A stretch of DNA of 64,000 bases from NCBI RefSeq assembly GCF_009914755.1, contig NC_060931.1. One strand, 5' to 3'. This DNA is from the human T2T-CHM13v2.0 reference genome, Homo sapiens. Below the pieces are notes generated by a model, which saw only the letters and a program-made list of their open reading frames with translations, searched no databases and was not told the DNA's origin. Shown here piece by piece: positions 1 through 11,998 of this stretch. The position numbers and the translations under genes were made by a program. Position 1 is the stretch's first letter; each line of letters starts with the position of its first letter.

Positions 1-579
1 ATGTTTAAAAAAGTAAAGTGATAATTCTGCTATTATTTGGATATGTACACACACAAAAAATTGTCACTCTTCATTTTTCTTTTAACAAAATTGCAAAAGG
101 AAAGGGAAATACAACTGTTATTCATATGTTCCTTAAAATAATATTTTATGGCTTTTATATATAGGTTAATATTTTTCATTTTATATGTTATATATCCCTG
201 GGTTCTAAATATTTTATAGATAAGACAATAATCTTTTAAAAAATTATATTAGTTTCTATGAGGACATACAGGTAGTAGGTGGTAAAGCTAAGATTTGAAA
301 TCTGCTCTGCTGTGCGGGAAGCCCATCTTTAATTTTGCTTATTACATAAAAAACTTGATTATGTGAATTGGTGGCATTTGAAAGCCCTTTCCCACAGCAT
401 TGTGATGCTAATAATTACAATAATTGTCATTTTATGAACTACATTTAGATTTAAATCATATTCAAAAAATGCTAACTTAAGAATATATTTTATTAAATAT
501 AATTACCCTAAAATAAATTTAAATAAAATCATAATATAAAACATATTTTTAATTCAATTAATCAAACATAAAGGAAGTG

Positions 580-1335
580 ACAGATACGGTAAGAACACAG
601 GCTTTGCAATCAAATATATGTATATATTTGTTTCAAATTTAGCTCCTGCCTTCCCTAGTTTGCTCACATTAAGCAATTTACTTTATTTCTGTATGCTTCA
701 GTTTCTTTATCTGCAAAATAGATCCTCTAATTCTTGGAAACAATTTGAAACTTTTTGACTTTTCTGTATCCTTTTCCATTTTTTCTAGTGGTATCTTGAT
801 TTACTCCTATGCAAATTCTTCATAGTCTATGGTCTTAGTACGACCATACCTTTCTCTGCTCACTCTCACAATCTAACCCAAAAGAACAGAGATCTTTATC
901 TTCCTTCACTTGAGAATGAACTGAAGGGAACATATGTCCAAAGTGTGACAAATCAGAGGCTGACCACAGAACTTTAGAGAGTGTAAAACAAAGCAGAGAG
1001 GATATTTAGAGGCCAGATTCATCACAGTGGAGAGGATTGAGGATGTAGGAGGGCCAGGAGATGAGCACTGGAAGAAGAGGGACATAATCATGACTCTGAC
1101 TCTTACTGCTTAAACCCATGAATACCCTTGTTTCCTATTTTTTCAAACATCATCTCTAAACCTCCTATTAACTCTATTAGCTTCTCACACAAACTTTTCC
1201 TAAGGAAATTCTTTTTAGAAACTAGAGTTTTTTTTTCTTTTCTTGTAAACCAAAACCTGGTTTATACAATAATAATCAAGGTGAAATGAAGTAATTTGTG
1301 TGAAAGTATCAGAAAAACTGGCATAGCAAAAATTT
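580..1335. mobile_element. MIR interrupted by an MLT1-type MaLR LTR (~730-1268)
   Basis: MIR core (cttcagtttctttatctgcaaaatag) resumes after an MLT1-like 3' end (...aaaccaaaacctggtttataca). Confidence 0.55.
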
Positions 1336-1769
1336 TAGCTATTGTAGTTTGTTATTATGATTATTACTTTTAAAATTTTTTTCAAAAAGGATTTGTGAAT
1401 GTTAGAATTATTTAAATGTGTTCTGCACACATTCCTCAGAAAGAATACTCCTGGACACAAAACACATTGCTAAGCACCTGGAATAAAATATCTCAGTCTT
1501 ATTTAGCTTTTTTTTCCAGGTCCTTAACAATGTGCTTTATACATAGGAGTGCTCTGTAAGTATTTGTGGAATGAATTAATTCAAACCTGAAAGAATGTGT
1601 ACAGATGTTCTTATTACTCTGCTCTATCTTTACAATGAGATGGTGAGGAGATGAGAGTAGCAGAAGACATGGTTACTAGCTAATTTCAATGTTGTTTATA
1701 GAAGCGAACCTTTTCTTACTAAGAAAAGGGGTGTGGCTAGGATTATTATATAACCATTAGAACAAAGAA

Positions 1770-3580
1770 ACAAATGTTTCTAAATACTAAATAATGTGGA
1801 AATAAAATGAAACTTAAAAAAATGTGCATATAGTTAGAAGAAACCAAGTGGAAGGGACAGGAATAGAAGCTAGATTTATTAGAATATACTTTGATTTGCA
1901 AATTTGACTTTACTAACATGAACTTTACATAATTTAAATTTTAACACCATAAATTGAAAAGGAAATTAAACAAACTAATTGTATATCCAATTGGTGGCAA
2001 TATTACACGAAGATCAGTCACTTTAAGTGACTCTAATATACTGTAACTTGATTGTACAACTCTAATGAGATATACACTAGAGAAAAATTAAATATTAATT
2101 TGGAAACTACTTTCAGTAATAATATTGATGGTAGTTTTTACCTTACTTTTATTGTGAAACTATTTTGGGAATTTATGGGATAAATAAAATTCATTTAAAT
2201 TGATCTTTACAAGTGACATTTTCAGCTTAGAAGAAAGGAAACATCTGAAATCTGTGATGTAGGGTTAAAACTTCATGGTATTAGCCTTGATTCTAAAATG
2301 TCACTATGGACTTATGATGCATTTTTTCTTTTAAAAATGTGTTTACAACTGATAACTCTGCTCCCTAAGAAGGCCTGAAAACAGTACACCAATGTAGCCT
2401 AGACATTTTTTCATGAAAGAAAGCAAAGAAGGTATCATGACCAGTATGATTATGATGAGAGTGTGCAAGCTCAAAAGCCAAATAAAATAGGCTCCAATCG
2501 TAGGCTGCACTAAATTGAAGTCAAATATATTTAATTCTATGGATTCATAATGCTAAAGAAAAAAAAAACGCCCTTATTGGTAATTGGAATGGTGATGGGA
2601 AATCAACTCATTACTTTGGAAACTAGTAAATAAAATTTATCTTTCCTATATAAACTGTACTTTAGACTTACATAAAGTAAGTTGAGAATAACTTACATAA
2701 CATAAGTTGAGAATGAGAAGTATCTTAATTATAGAAAAGTATTCCAGCCAATAAAGGATAAGAAATTTTAAAAGCCACCATCTTGGGACCTCTGATTAAT
2801 TATTACATCTAGACAATTATCATCAAGAGATTTTAATATCATGTAAAAATAGATAAATATTACATATCTTTTTAAGAAGTAGTCTCGGGAAAAAAAGTTT
2901 CCCCTAAATTTGATCAACCTTCAGGTCTAATTAGGAACTTACGGAAAATGTAAGGGACAAAGGAAAATGTGTAAGAATAGCATGTATTTAAAAATTATAA
3001 AACTCCAAGCTGTAAGAAGCTTTATAGGAAAAATATTCCAGTGTGTTTAGCAACAAAAACAAAGGATGTAAAAAAGAAAAGAAAACAGGTGATGGATGGG
3101 TAACTATGAATCGAAAGGGACTTAGAAAATATAGCAACCTAATAATAATGCTTTGATTTGATTATTTTTTAAAAATCCGGATCCATATAATCAAATTGAG
3201 AAAGAGAAACAGAAGAAGATGGAGGAGGAGGAGAAAGGGAGAAAAAAGGGGAGGGGAGGGAAAGAAAAAGAGTAAGGAAGGTTATTACTGAACATTCAAT
3301 AGATATTCAATTATATTGAAAATTGTCATTACATTTTTAAGCTGTTGTAATGATATTGTGTTAAAAACTTCGTAAGTTGTAGACATATGTGCAGATGAGG
3401 TTTTCTTTAAAATATTCTGAGGAGTATAGTGATAGATAAATAGAGTACAGAAAATTATAGATGAAACAAAATTGGTTGAGGGTAGCCCATTTACGTAATT
3501 AGATGTGAGATACATGGATACTTATAGTATTAATGCTACTTCTTTATATAATTAACATTTTTGTAATAAAATATTTAAAG
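1770..3580 (+). mobile_element. Ancient L1 (L1MC/L1ME-type) 3' region
   Basis: Typical old-L1 3'UTR sequence ending ...ttttgtaataaaat. Confidence 0.55.
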
Positions 3581-4519
3581 AAAAATATACACATATATGT
3601 ATAATTTTAAATGATTAAGCTATGCATGTATTTATATAAAATGTTTATAAAAGCACTTATGTAAAATATTTAAAATTATATATGTGCTTGTATATATATA
3701 ATATGGTTAAAATATATATAATTTACTTTAATATTTTATTATAGACATAAAATTTAATTGTAAATAATATATTACCTATATATGTATATACGTGTATATT
3801 TGGCATATCTGGGTGGCAGCCCACAGACAAGTTCTCTTTTGTCTCTATGGGTAAACCAACCTTTTAAAGCAAAGTTTCAGGGTCAAATATGAGAGTAGAA
3901 GTTAGAATTACTGACAGAATAAGGAACTAGGTATCTATTTTTTAGAGTCACTAAGCAAAAAGCAAACTTCAATGCATTCCAGGACTAAAATGTGTAACCA
4001 TACTTATGTAGGTACCTAGGCTTATACTTTCTACAATAAAAGCGTCATTGAAAAGAGTTAGTAGTGCGCACAGGCATATATATGACTTTGAAAAAAATAC
4101 TTCATGGTGATTTTTAAAGTATTTCCTATGTGTTCTAACTTATTCTCTAGGAGCATTATGCATATAAATGAACACACTGACTAGTTAGCATTTCAAATAG
4201 CTCTAGAGGTGATGAGCTATGCATGAAAATACACACACTGGAGTCAGATAAATGAGTTAAATATTATCTCTGCCACATACGAGCAGTGCAGACATGGAAA
4301 GGTTATTTAATTTATCTGAATCTCAACTGCCTCCTCATATAAAATGAGGAGACTATTACACATATAATATAACCCTGCACACAGTGAATACTCACTAAAT
4401 AGTTATTATTAGTAGTCGTTATATTAGAATGTGTTTATTTCTAAAATAACTTTCCATTTACCCTCAGAAGTTTCCCAAAATGAACTTTTTTACTGTTAAA
4501 CAATAATTTCTATTTGTAG

Positions 4520-4829
4520 TCATTTGAGTACATGTTATCTAAATACCATTTATAGAGAAAATGAACTAACTCAACTCAATATATGAATACGAATGGGTTC
4601 GCGCATTCATTTTTCACCTCTGGAAACTTCCATTCAAATATTTGCTTTAGTCTTGAGTGAAAATGAATTTAATGGTCTGCCTCATCAATGGCCCCATTAT
4701 CACAAAGCCGCCATGCAACTCTGGATAATTTTGTGCAATAGCTATTCTGTCAGTTTCTGCTCAAAATTAAGGAAGATTAAAATTAGCCGATTGTTTTATA
4801 ATTCTCTGCACATTTCCAGAACTGTATCA
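4520..4829 (+). pseudogene. Degraded exon of putative multi-RGS-domain pseudogene
   Basis: Acceptor tatttgtag|4520, donor tca|gtaagt at 4830. 103 codons in one frame with a single TGA: HLSTCYLNTIYRENELTQLNI*IRMGSRIHFSPLETSIQIFALVLSENEF...AAMQLWIILCNSYSVSFCSKLRKIKISRLFYNSL, resembling RGS 'NIEFWLACEDFK...KL..KA.KIY'. Includes ORF-track 4593..4931. Confidence 0.6.
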
Positions 4830-5320
4830 GTAAGTCCTATTGCTTATATCATTTTAGCTCTAGGTAATGTTATAAGTATGTGTGGTTCACAGCTGACATG
4901 CTCCAAAACTATGGTTTTCAATACTATCTAAACCTTAGGGTCAACTGCAACATTTTAAGAAATATTTATGCTCATCCTTAAACCCAGAAATTCTAATTTC
5001 ATTGGTCTTGATTGGAACTGAGGAATTAGTTCTAAGTAATAAAAATAATTTAAAAAATATATAAACAAATATATGCCCAGGATACTTTTTTTGGTACTAA
5101 AGCTTAGCCTTTTGCTACTCAAAGTTAGTTCATGGACCAGAATATTTGGTTTCACATACAAAGTTAGTGGAAATGAAGAATCACAGGCCCCAACACAGAA
5201 GTACTGAACACAACCAACATTTGACAAGATCCCCAAGTGAATCATTGCATGTTACACTCTGCAGAGTATTAACCAAGTCTACCTAGAATTAACAGAATTT
5301 CCACTTAAGCTAAAATTTAG

Positions 5321-5572
5321 AATTCCACATGATGCCCACTAATTAAGCTTTTCAATTACATTAACAAAAAAGTTAGAAGAGAAGGAGGTGAAGGTAATAT
5401 CCAGACAGTTATAAATTATTTAAAACCTGTAAAAAGAACATTTGTTTGCTTCAAGAAAAAGAAACTAATAGCATTTTCAAATATCATCATAATAATGAAC
5501 TGTTTCCATTGGAATGCAAGAAATGTCATCTGAATTATAACTTAGACTTGCAATTGAGCATTTATATTAACA
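5321..5572 (+). pseudogene. Possible degraded exon (weak)
   Basis: 66-codon stop-free stretch (CPLIKLFNYINKKVRREGGEGNIQTVINYLKPVK...) in phase 0 after tttag. Polypyrimidine tract is weak and the donor is only gcaagt. Confidence 0.25.
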
Positions 5573-5799
5573 GCAAGTAAAATTTCAGAAGCTACTTTGA
5601 TAAATTGAATAAAACACTTTGTATTCGGTTCCCAAAAGAATATGCATATTTATATGTATAGATAAATACATGGGACATTAATTCCATTTGCATAGATTAT
5701 ATAGAAATTCTAAATCTGTCTGCTCCCTAATCTCTGACTCTCTTCCATAATAGCCAACATAAATTTTCAAAGACCCCAAGTAGAGTTATATAATGTGAA

Positions 5800-6325
5800 A
5801 ATTTAGTTGAAGGTTTTTGCATTCTTAACCATACAGCAGACAAAATAATCATTTCAGAAACATAAATCTTATCATAAAATTTCCCTGTATAAATTCTCAA
5901 ACAGCATTTCATTTTATCAAAAGTAAAGCAAAACAAACAAAAACAACAACAACAAAAAACCTCAAGCTTTTTAGTCTGGTCTAAAAAGCCCAGGCTACCT
6001 CTGCACCAACACCTCTCCCTTTTAACCACTCACAAATAGAGGTCCAGCTTCTTTCCTTGGCCACACCAACTTTATTTCCTACATGGAACTTGTGGACTAG
6101 TTCTTCTCTTCTCTCTTTTGCATGTCTGACTCCTAGTTGTTATTTAAATTTCAGGAAGGCTTGCTCTAAATACTCAACCCATAATAGCTACCTAGCCACC
6201 CCCTGTATAGCACTTTTCAATCTATTCTCCAGTTTATTCACTTATTTTTATTGTCTATTTTATCAACTAAAAAGGTAAGATTCAAGAAGAAGGGGATACT
6301 GGCTCTCTTGTTCATTACTGTAATA
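5800..6325 (+). mobile_element. L2 3' fragment
   Basis: L2-like ...ttattgtctattt...gtaagattcaagaagaaggggatactggctctcttgttcattactgta. Confidence 0.5.
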
Positions 6326-6742
6326 AGAAATTCAAAATAAAATATTATAAAAGTATAAGCCCTAGGGAAAACTGGAAAGCATATGAAAATCAGTTGGATG
6401 ATAATGTGGGAAATTTTAATATTAAATATTAAACATTAAAATTTCCCATGTATTAAGCATCTACTATACCAAGCATTATAATGGGCTGTTATATACACTA
6501 TCTCCAGTCCTCACTGCAGCACTCAAACATAAAATAGGCACAATTTTACAATAGATAAATCTGTGACTCATAAAAATTACAGAACTTATCAAAGGTCCTA
6601 TGACCAGTAACATTGGAATCAAGACTTAAACTCAGAATAATCTATACAAAATACTTCCTCCCATTAAAAAAGCTTGATGGCACATATAAAGGAATAAAGG
6701 AATCAAACAAGTTAATCATACTTCCTACGAGTCATGCACTTT

Positions 6743-6965
6743 TAGTTGAACAATGAGAACACATGGACACAGGGAGGGGAACATCACACATCAGGACCTG
6801 TTGTGGGGTGGGGGTCTAGGGGAGGCATAGCATTAGGAGAAATACCTAATGTAGATGACGGGTTGATGGGTGCAGCAAACCACCGAGGCACGTGTATACC
6901 TATGAAACAAACCTGCACGTTCTGCACATGTATCCCAGAACTTAAAGTATGATAAAAAGAAAAAT
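6743..6965 (+). mobile_element. L1PA (PA7/8-like) 3' terminal fragment
   Basis: ttgaacaatgagaacacatggacacagggagggg...cccagaacttaaagtat followed by an A tail. Confidence 0.9.
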
Positions 6966-7339
6966 ATATATATCATCTATAGTTCAATTCAATTGAGTCC
7001 ACTGGAAATAATTTTAATTAGTTCAAAATATTGAACTAATCAAATAACTTTGATTAGTTCTGTTATCATATTTATGCCCCGTGCCAGAGGATAACATGTG
7101 AAGCATATATATATGCATCTATATATAATAAATAATAAAAATTATTTGATATGAGTATACATATACTCATTTACTTACATAAATTAAGTTAAATTAAATT
7201 ACTCATATAAATTATTTACTCATATAAATTAAGACACAGATATAATACATCTGTCAGGAATTAATTCAGTCTTTTCCATCACTAACTCCCTCCTCCCCCC
7301 AAAGTCTCAAAATAATTTTTCAAGTACTAAAAATTGTTT

Positions 7340-9340
7340 TTCCTTTTAAAGTAATTTTTAATTTTAGAAAAATTATGAATTTATATGAAAATTGTGAATG
7401 TAGTACAGAGAGTTCACATATACCCCACACCCAGCTTCCACTATCATCTCATATTAATATGGTACATTGTGTTACAATTATTGAGTCAATATTGACACAT
7501 TATTATTACCTGAAGTCAATATTTTTATTATACTCTCCCTGGAGTTTACCTAACAATTTTGTTCTGTTCTGGGATCCTTTCCAGGTTACCATGTTATATT
7601 CAGCCATCACGTCCCCTTGGGCTCCTCTTGACTGTGACTGTTTCTCAGACTTTCCTTGCTTTTGATGAGCTTGACAGCTTTGAGGAGTAGAAGTACTAAA
7701 AAAATATTCCACAGAATGTCCCTAAATTTGGAATGCCTGATGTTTTTCTCATGGTTATACTGGGGTTATGTTTTGGGGAGGAAGATGACAAAGGTAAAGT
7801 GCCATTTTCATTACCTCATATCAAGGGAATATGCTATCAATATTTTACACTACACATCATTATTCATGTTCACCTTTGTTGCTTGACTGAGGTTGTGCTG
7901 TCAGGAAAGTTCATCTTATTTCCCCTCCCCAAACTGTATTCTTTGGAAAGAGGTCACTATACGTTTCCCACACTTAAGGAGTGGGAAATTAACCCATCGC
8001 ACTTTGAAGGATGGTCAGCTACATAAACAATTTGGAATTATTCTGATTGAGAGATATGTCTATTCTCCTCCTATATAATTGTTTATGCAACCACTTATAT
8101 ATGTAAATATCAAACCATATTTTATTTTATGCCTTGGATTATAATCTGATATAACTTTATTCTGCTGTTCAAATTGTTCCAACATTGGTCATTGGAAACT
8201 CTTTCAGTTAGCTTCTGTGTCACTTTGATATACTATCATCATCGTGGTGGTAGTGTTTTGTTTAAACTATATATGAGCACAATAAGATCATCTAGCCTCA
8301 TATTGCATATTTCTTGCCACAGTCTTAAATCAGCCATTTCTCCAAGGATCTCTGGTTTCCTTTATTGAAGAACAGTACCATGAACCAAGAACTAAGCTCT
8401 GGATGTGCTAATTATCACTGGAGTGCTGTAGCTTTTAGGCTTTCTCAGCTGACAAAGGAAGGAAACACGTGTATGTCTAGAGTACTTGACTGTGTATATA
8501 TACATACCAATAAATATTTCTATATGTAATTATCTGTACCTATATTAAGTTAAACTTGAGTTCAGTCTTATGTTTCCAACTCTATTCCATAACCAGATGG
8601 AACACCTCAGCCTCCAACCTGTAATGATCTGCAACTCCAAACGCCAAAAGGCAAAAGCTTTGCTCACAATATGGATTGACTTAATTGTTCAATTCTAGCA
8701 TACATTTATAGCAATATAACAATTGTTAGCCTGTACTCTCATGGGAAAAAAACTTTATCAACTACAATATACTCTTTATACACAGTTTCTTTTGTCTTTA
8801 GTCTTATATATGCCACTCATTTCCAAAGTTACTTAGGCCAGTCCCTTTTCTTTCATACCCATAAATGATACGGTTTTCTATGTTTGTAGAAATGTAGAAT
8901 GTGACATTTGTCACATTCTGCATTTCATCCTGGAACTCTCAATCTCCTAATCTTTTTTTTTTTTTTTTTTGAGACAGAGTCTTGCACTGTCACCCAGGCT
9001 GGAGTGCAATGGCACAATCTCAGCTCCGTGCAACCTCCTTCTCCCAGGTTCAACCGATTCTCCTGACTCAGCCTCCTGAGTAGCTGGGATTACAGGCACT
9101 TGCCACCACGCCCGGCTAATTTTTGTATTTTTAGTAGAGACGGGGTTTCAGCATGTTGGTCAGGCTGGTCTCAAACACCTGACCTCGTGATCCACCCGCC
9201 TCAGCCTCCCAAAGTTCTAATCTTCTTTTTTAATTTGCATACATTAAGGCTCAATTTTTGTGCTACAAAGTTCTATGAGTTTTCATAAATGCATAGGACC
9301 AAGTATTTTACATTAGAATATCAAAATGAATAGTTCTACT
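7340..9340 (-). mobile_element. L1MC-type 3' region with nested AluS (8952-9216, -)
   Basis: Antisense old L1 3'UTR; Alu with poly-T followed by gagacagagtcttgcactgtcacccaggctggagtgc. Confidence 0.7.
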
Positions 9341-9464
9341 ACTTTGTAACTAGAAGAGTAATTCAAAAGCAACATATTTTTCTTTAAATACAAAAGTAAT
9401 ACTGTATATCTGGAGAGATTGCAGATATTAGTGACACTGTCAAAGAACTAAAGAATACAGGGCT

Positions 9465-9645
9465 GTGCTGGGCCATATGACTCAGCATATCCAATGGTGC
9501 TTGAAGTGTCAGTGGCAGATAGGATGCTGCTTGGGGCCAGTGGCAGGGCCATATAGGTGAATCACAGTGCAGACCTTTAGAATTTTGGAGCAAAGCACTG
9601 TCATCCTCTGAAGATAACTATTTTCCATTTGAGAAACAGCCTGTT
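9465..9645 (+). mobile_element. ERVL pol (RNase H region) fragment
   Basis: Translates with one frameshift to GPYDSAYPMVLEVSVADR/..WGQWQGHIGESQCRPLEFWSKALSSSEDNYFPFEKQ, characteristic of HERV-L pol. Confidence 0.8.
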
Positions 9646-10106
9646 ACCGGGTCTTACCATTTAACTGTTCTTGCTAGTTTATGGCTGCAGAGTTTCTGTT
9701 AGAGGTAAGCATATTTCAACTGTGACTCTCTGCCCCATCTTCCCAGATTTAAGGATGGTGGTTTGCCCTACAACCTCAGTTCTCTGATATGTCCAAGAAA
9801 AGTTGTTGATTTTCAGCTTGCTCAACTTTTTCTTGCTGTTTGCACAGGAGTGGTGACTTTCAAGCTTTTTATACTGTGGGAATGAAACCTAATGTCCCAA
9901 TCATTTTTCATGTGAAATAAGAAGGTGCTGGAATTTGTTTCTTCCTCATTATCTGGTCAGCGATATCTTAGAGGCATGCAAATTTTGGATAACAAAATCA
10001 AAAGACTTAAAGAATATGTGATTTTGATGAGTTATTTTAAAGCCCAACATTATAAAATTAGTGTCCACCAACAATAATTTTCCATTTTCCTCCCTATATT
10101 CTGTGG

Positions 10107-10307
10107 GATCAATTAATCATATTGGTGTGCAAGGGACACTGTTGAGAAGGCTGAATCCATGAAGAATATTTCTTAAAAGAAGAATATTAATCATTCTACA
10201 TAAAGTCCTTGAATTCTACTTACTAAATTATTAGATACAAAAATACTTCACACCACACTATTAAGTTGAGTTTTTGGAAAAGAAAATCAAATTCAAAAGG
10301 TCAGGAG
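10107..10307 (+). pseudogene. Degraded RGS-like exon (phase 1-1)
   Basis: Pyrimidine tract followed by a mutated acceptor (ctgtGG|), donor gag|gtaact. Translation ...LLRRLNP*RIFLKRRILIILHKVLEFYLLNY*IQKY..., with RIFLK (10163-10177) and VLEFYL (10205-10222) matching RGS 'FRxFLK...NLEFWL'. Confidence 0.6.
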
Positions 10308-10839
10308 GTAACTGTTCTCAAAAATATTCAACCAGAGATTTGCCTTGAGCATAGTCAAGCTGATACAAATGTAGAATGCATTTTTTTTATCTCCTTTCTC
10401 TAATAGCCTGTTACATAATCCTTAGGGGGCAAGTAATTTTTCATAATGATAGTAATTGCAATTGAGTTTAAAGTGGCTAAAAGCCTAGGCCATGTCAAAT
10501 TTTTATGTCAAATATATGGAAAGATAAAGAAAGGAGGGGTTGGAGCAAAACGGAAGTGGTGAAGGAAAGAGAAAACATGTGTGGGCCCCAACATTATAGA
10601 CGTGTAACATGCAAGAAGCATACCGAGTTTAAGACTGCTGCCATGAAATTTGCATTCTAGAATTTTTTTAGTATGAAGAGTATTTAAAAGCATATGCTCT
10701 GATGTGTTGTGACAGAAAAGTAGAGAATATTTCACTGCTAATTACCCCTCTAACATTCCAAACACATTTGGACAGCAGTATAATGAGGAAATCAGTGATC
10801 TATACATATTTTTCTGCTTTACCAATAGGTGTCAATGTT

Positions 10840-11135
10840 TTTTGTTTATTTTCTTAAGAGATGGAGTCTTGTGTTGCAAGATGAAATGAAGTGGTGCAGT
10901 CATAACTCACTGTAACCTTGAACTCTTAGGCTCAAGCAATCTTCCCACCTCAGCCTCCCAAGAAGCTGGAATGATAGGTGCAAACCACTATGCTCAGATA
11001 ATCTTCCAATTTTTTGTAGAGAAGGGGTCTCACTGTGTTGCCCAGGCTGGATTCAAACTCCTGGACTCAAGTGATCCTCACATGCCACCTTCTAAAAACA
11101 CTGGGATTACATGTATGAGCCACCACACTGGGCCA
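10840..11135 (-). mobile_element. AluJ
   Basis: Diverged Alu dimer with ggctcaagcaatcttcccacctcagcc. Confidence 0.85.
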
Positions 11136-11998
11136 ATGGCATAATGCTTTAATCAACTATCAAGAAATATCTTGCACAGCACAAGGAGAAAACCAATAGT
11201 TTTCTTGCCATAGGTCTCAACAAAATAACATCATTTCCACTAATCAAAGTCAGTCTGATGGAACAGTATAATAATAACTGCATATTATTTATAGTTTATA
11301 AATACATTCAACATAAAACATCCCATTTACTATTTTTAGCAATTTTTTCAAGGAGGAATTATTAAAATTTTATATAATTTGCCCAAGGACACAGCTCATA
11401 TGTGATAGGGCTTCACTGAAGTCTTGAAAGAAAACTCTTCTTGTTATTGTGTCATCAAGGAGTCCCATAAGTAAAGAAAAGAGGACTTGATAATTAAAGA
11501 CACCTTTCCTTCCCTTAAGTGTCATATAGGGAAGGTTGATCTAATTGGGCCAGCAGGCTTCCAAAGAAAAAAATACTATTTTTCATATTTTCAGATGTTC
11601 ATAGACCTCCATCCAAGTCAAGGATAGATACATTTTTAAATATTACATTCTAGCAAAGTAGAGAGGCCACCTTGGCTATACCCAGGGGTATTTTTCTTTT
11701 TTAAGAAAAAGTAACCTTGCTAAATGTTGTGATACTAAAAAGCTTTTTGATTAAATTATATTTTTGTGAACTCCTAGAAAAGCACCACTAGCCATATAAA
11801 GGGTAGCAAGATATCATTTCTGATGACCAGGAAAGTTTTGAAGGTGAGTGAATTAAAAACTTCAACTGTGTTCAAGGATGAATGTAAGGTCTCTAGAGAT
11901 ATGGACTCTGCTTCATTCACATAGGTGGCTGTTGTGTGGGAAATTAACTTGATTTAATGATAGGCTTCAAATGTACTACCACGAAAATTACTGTTGAA

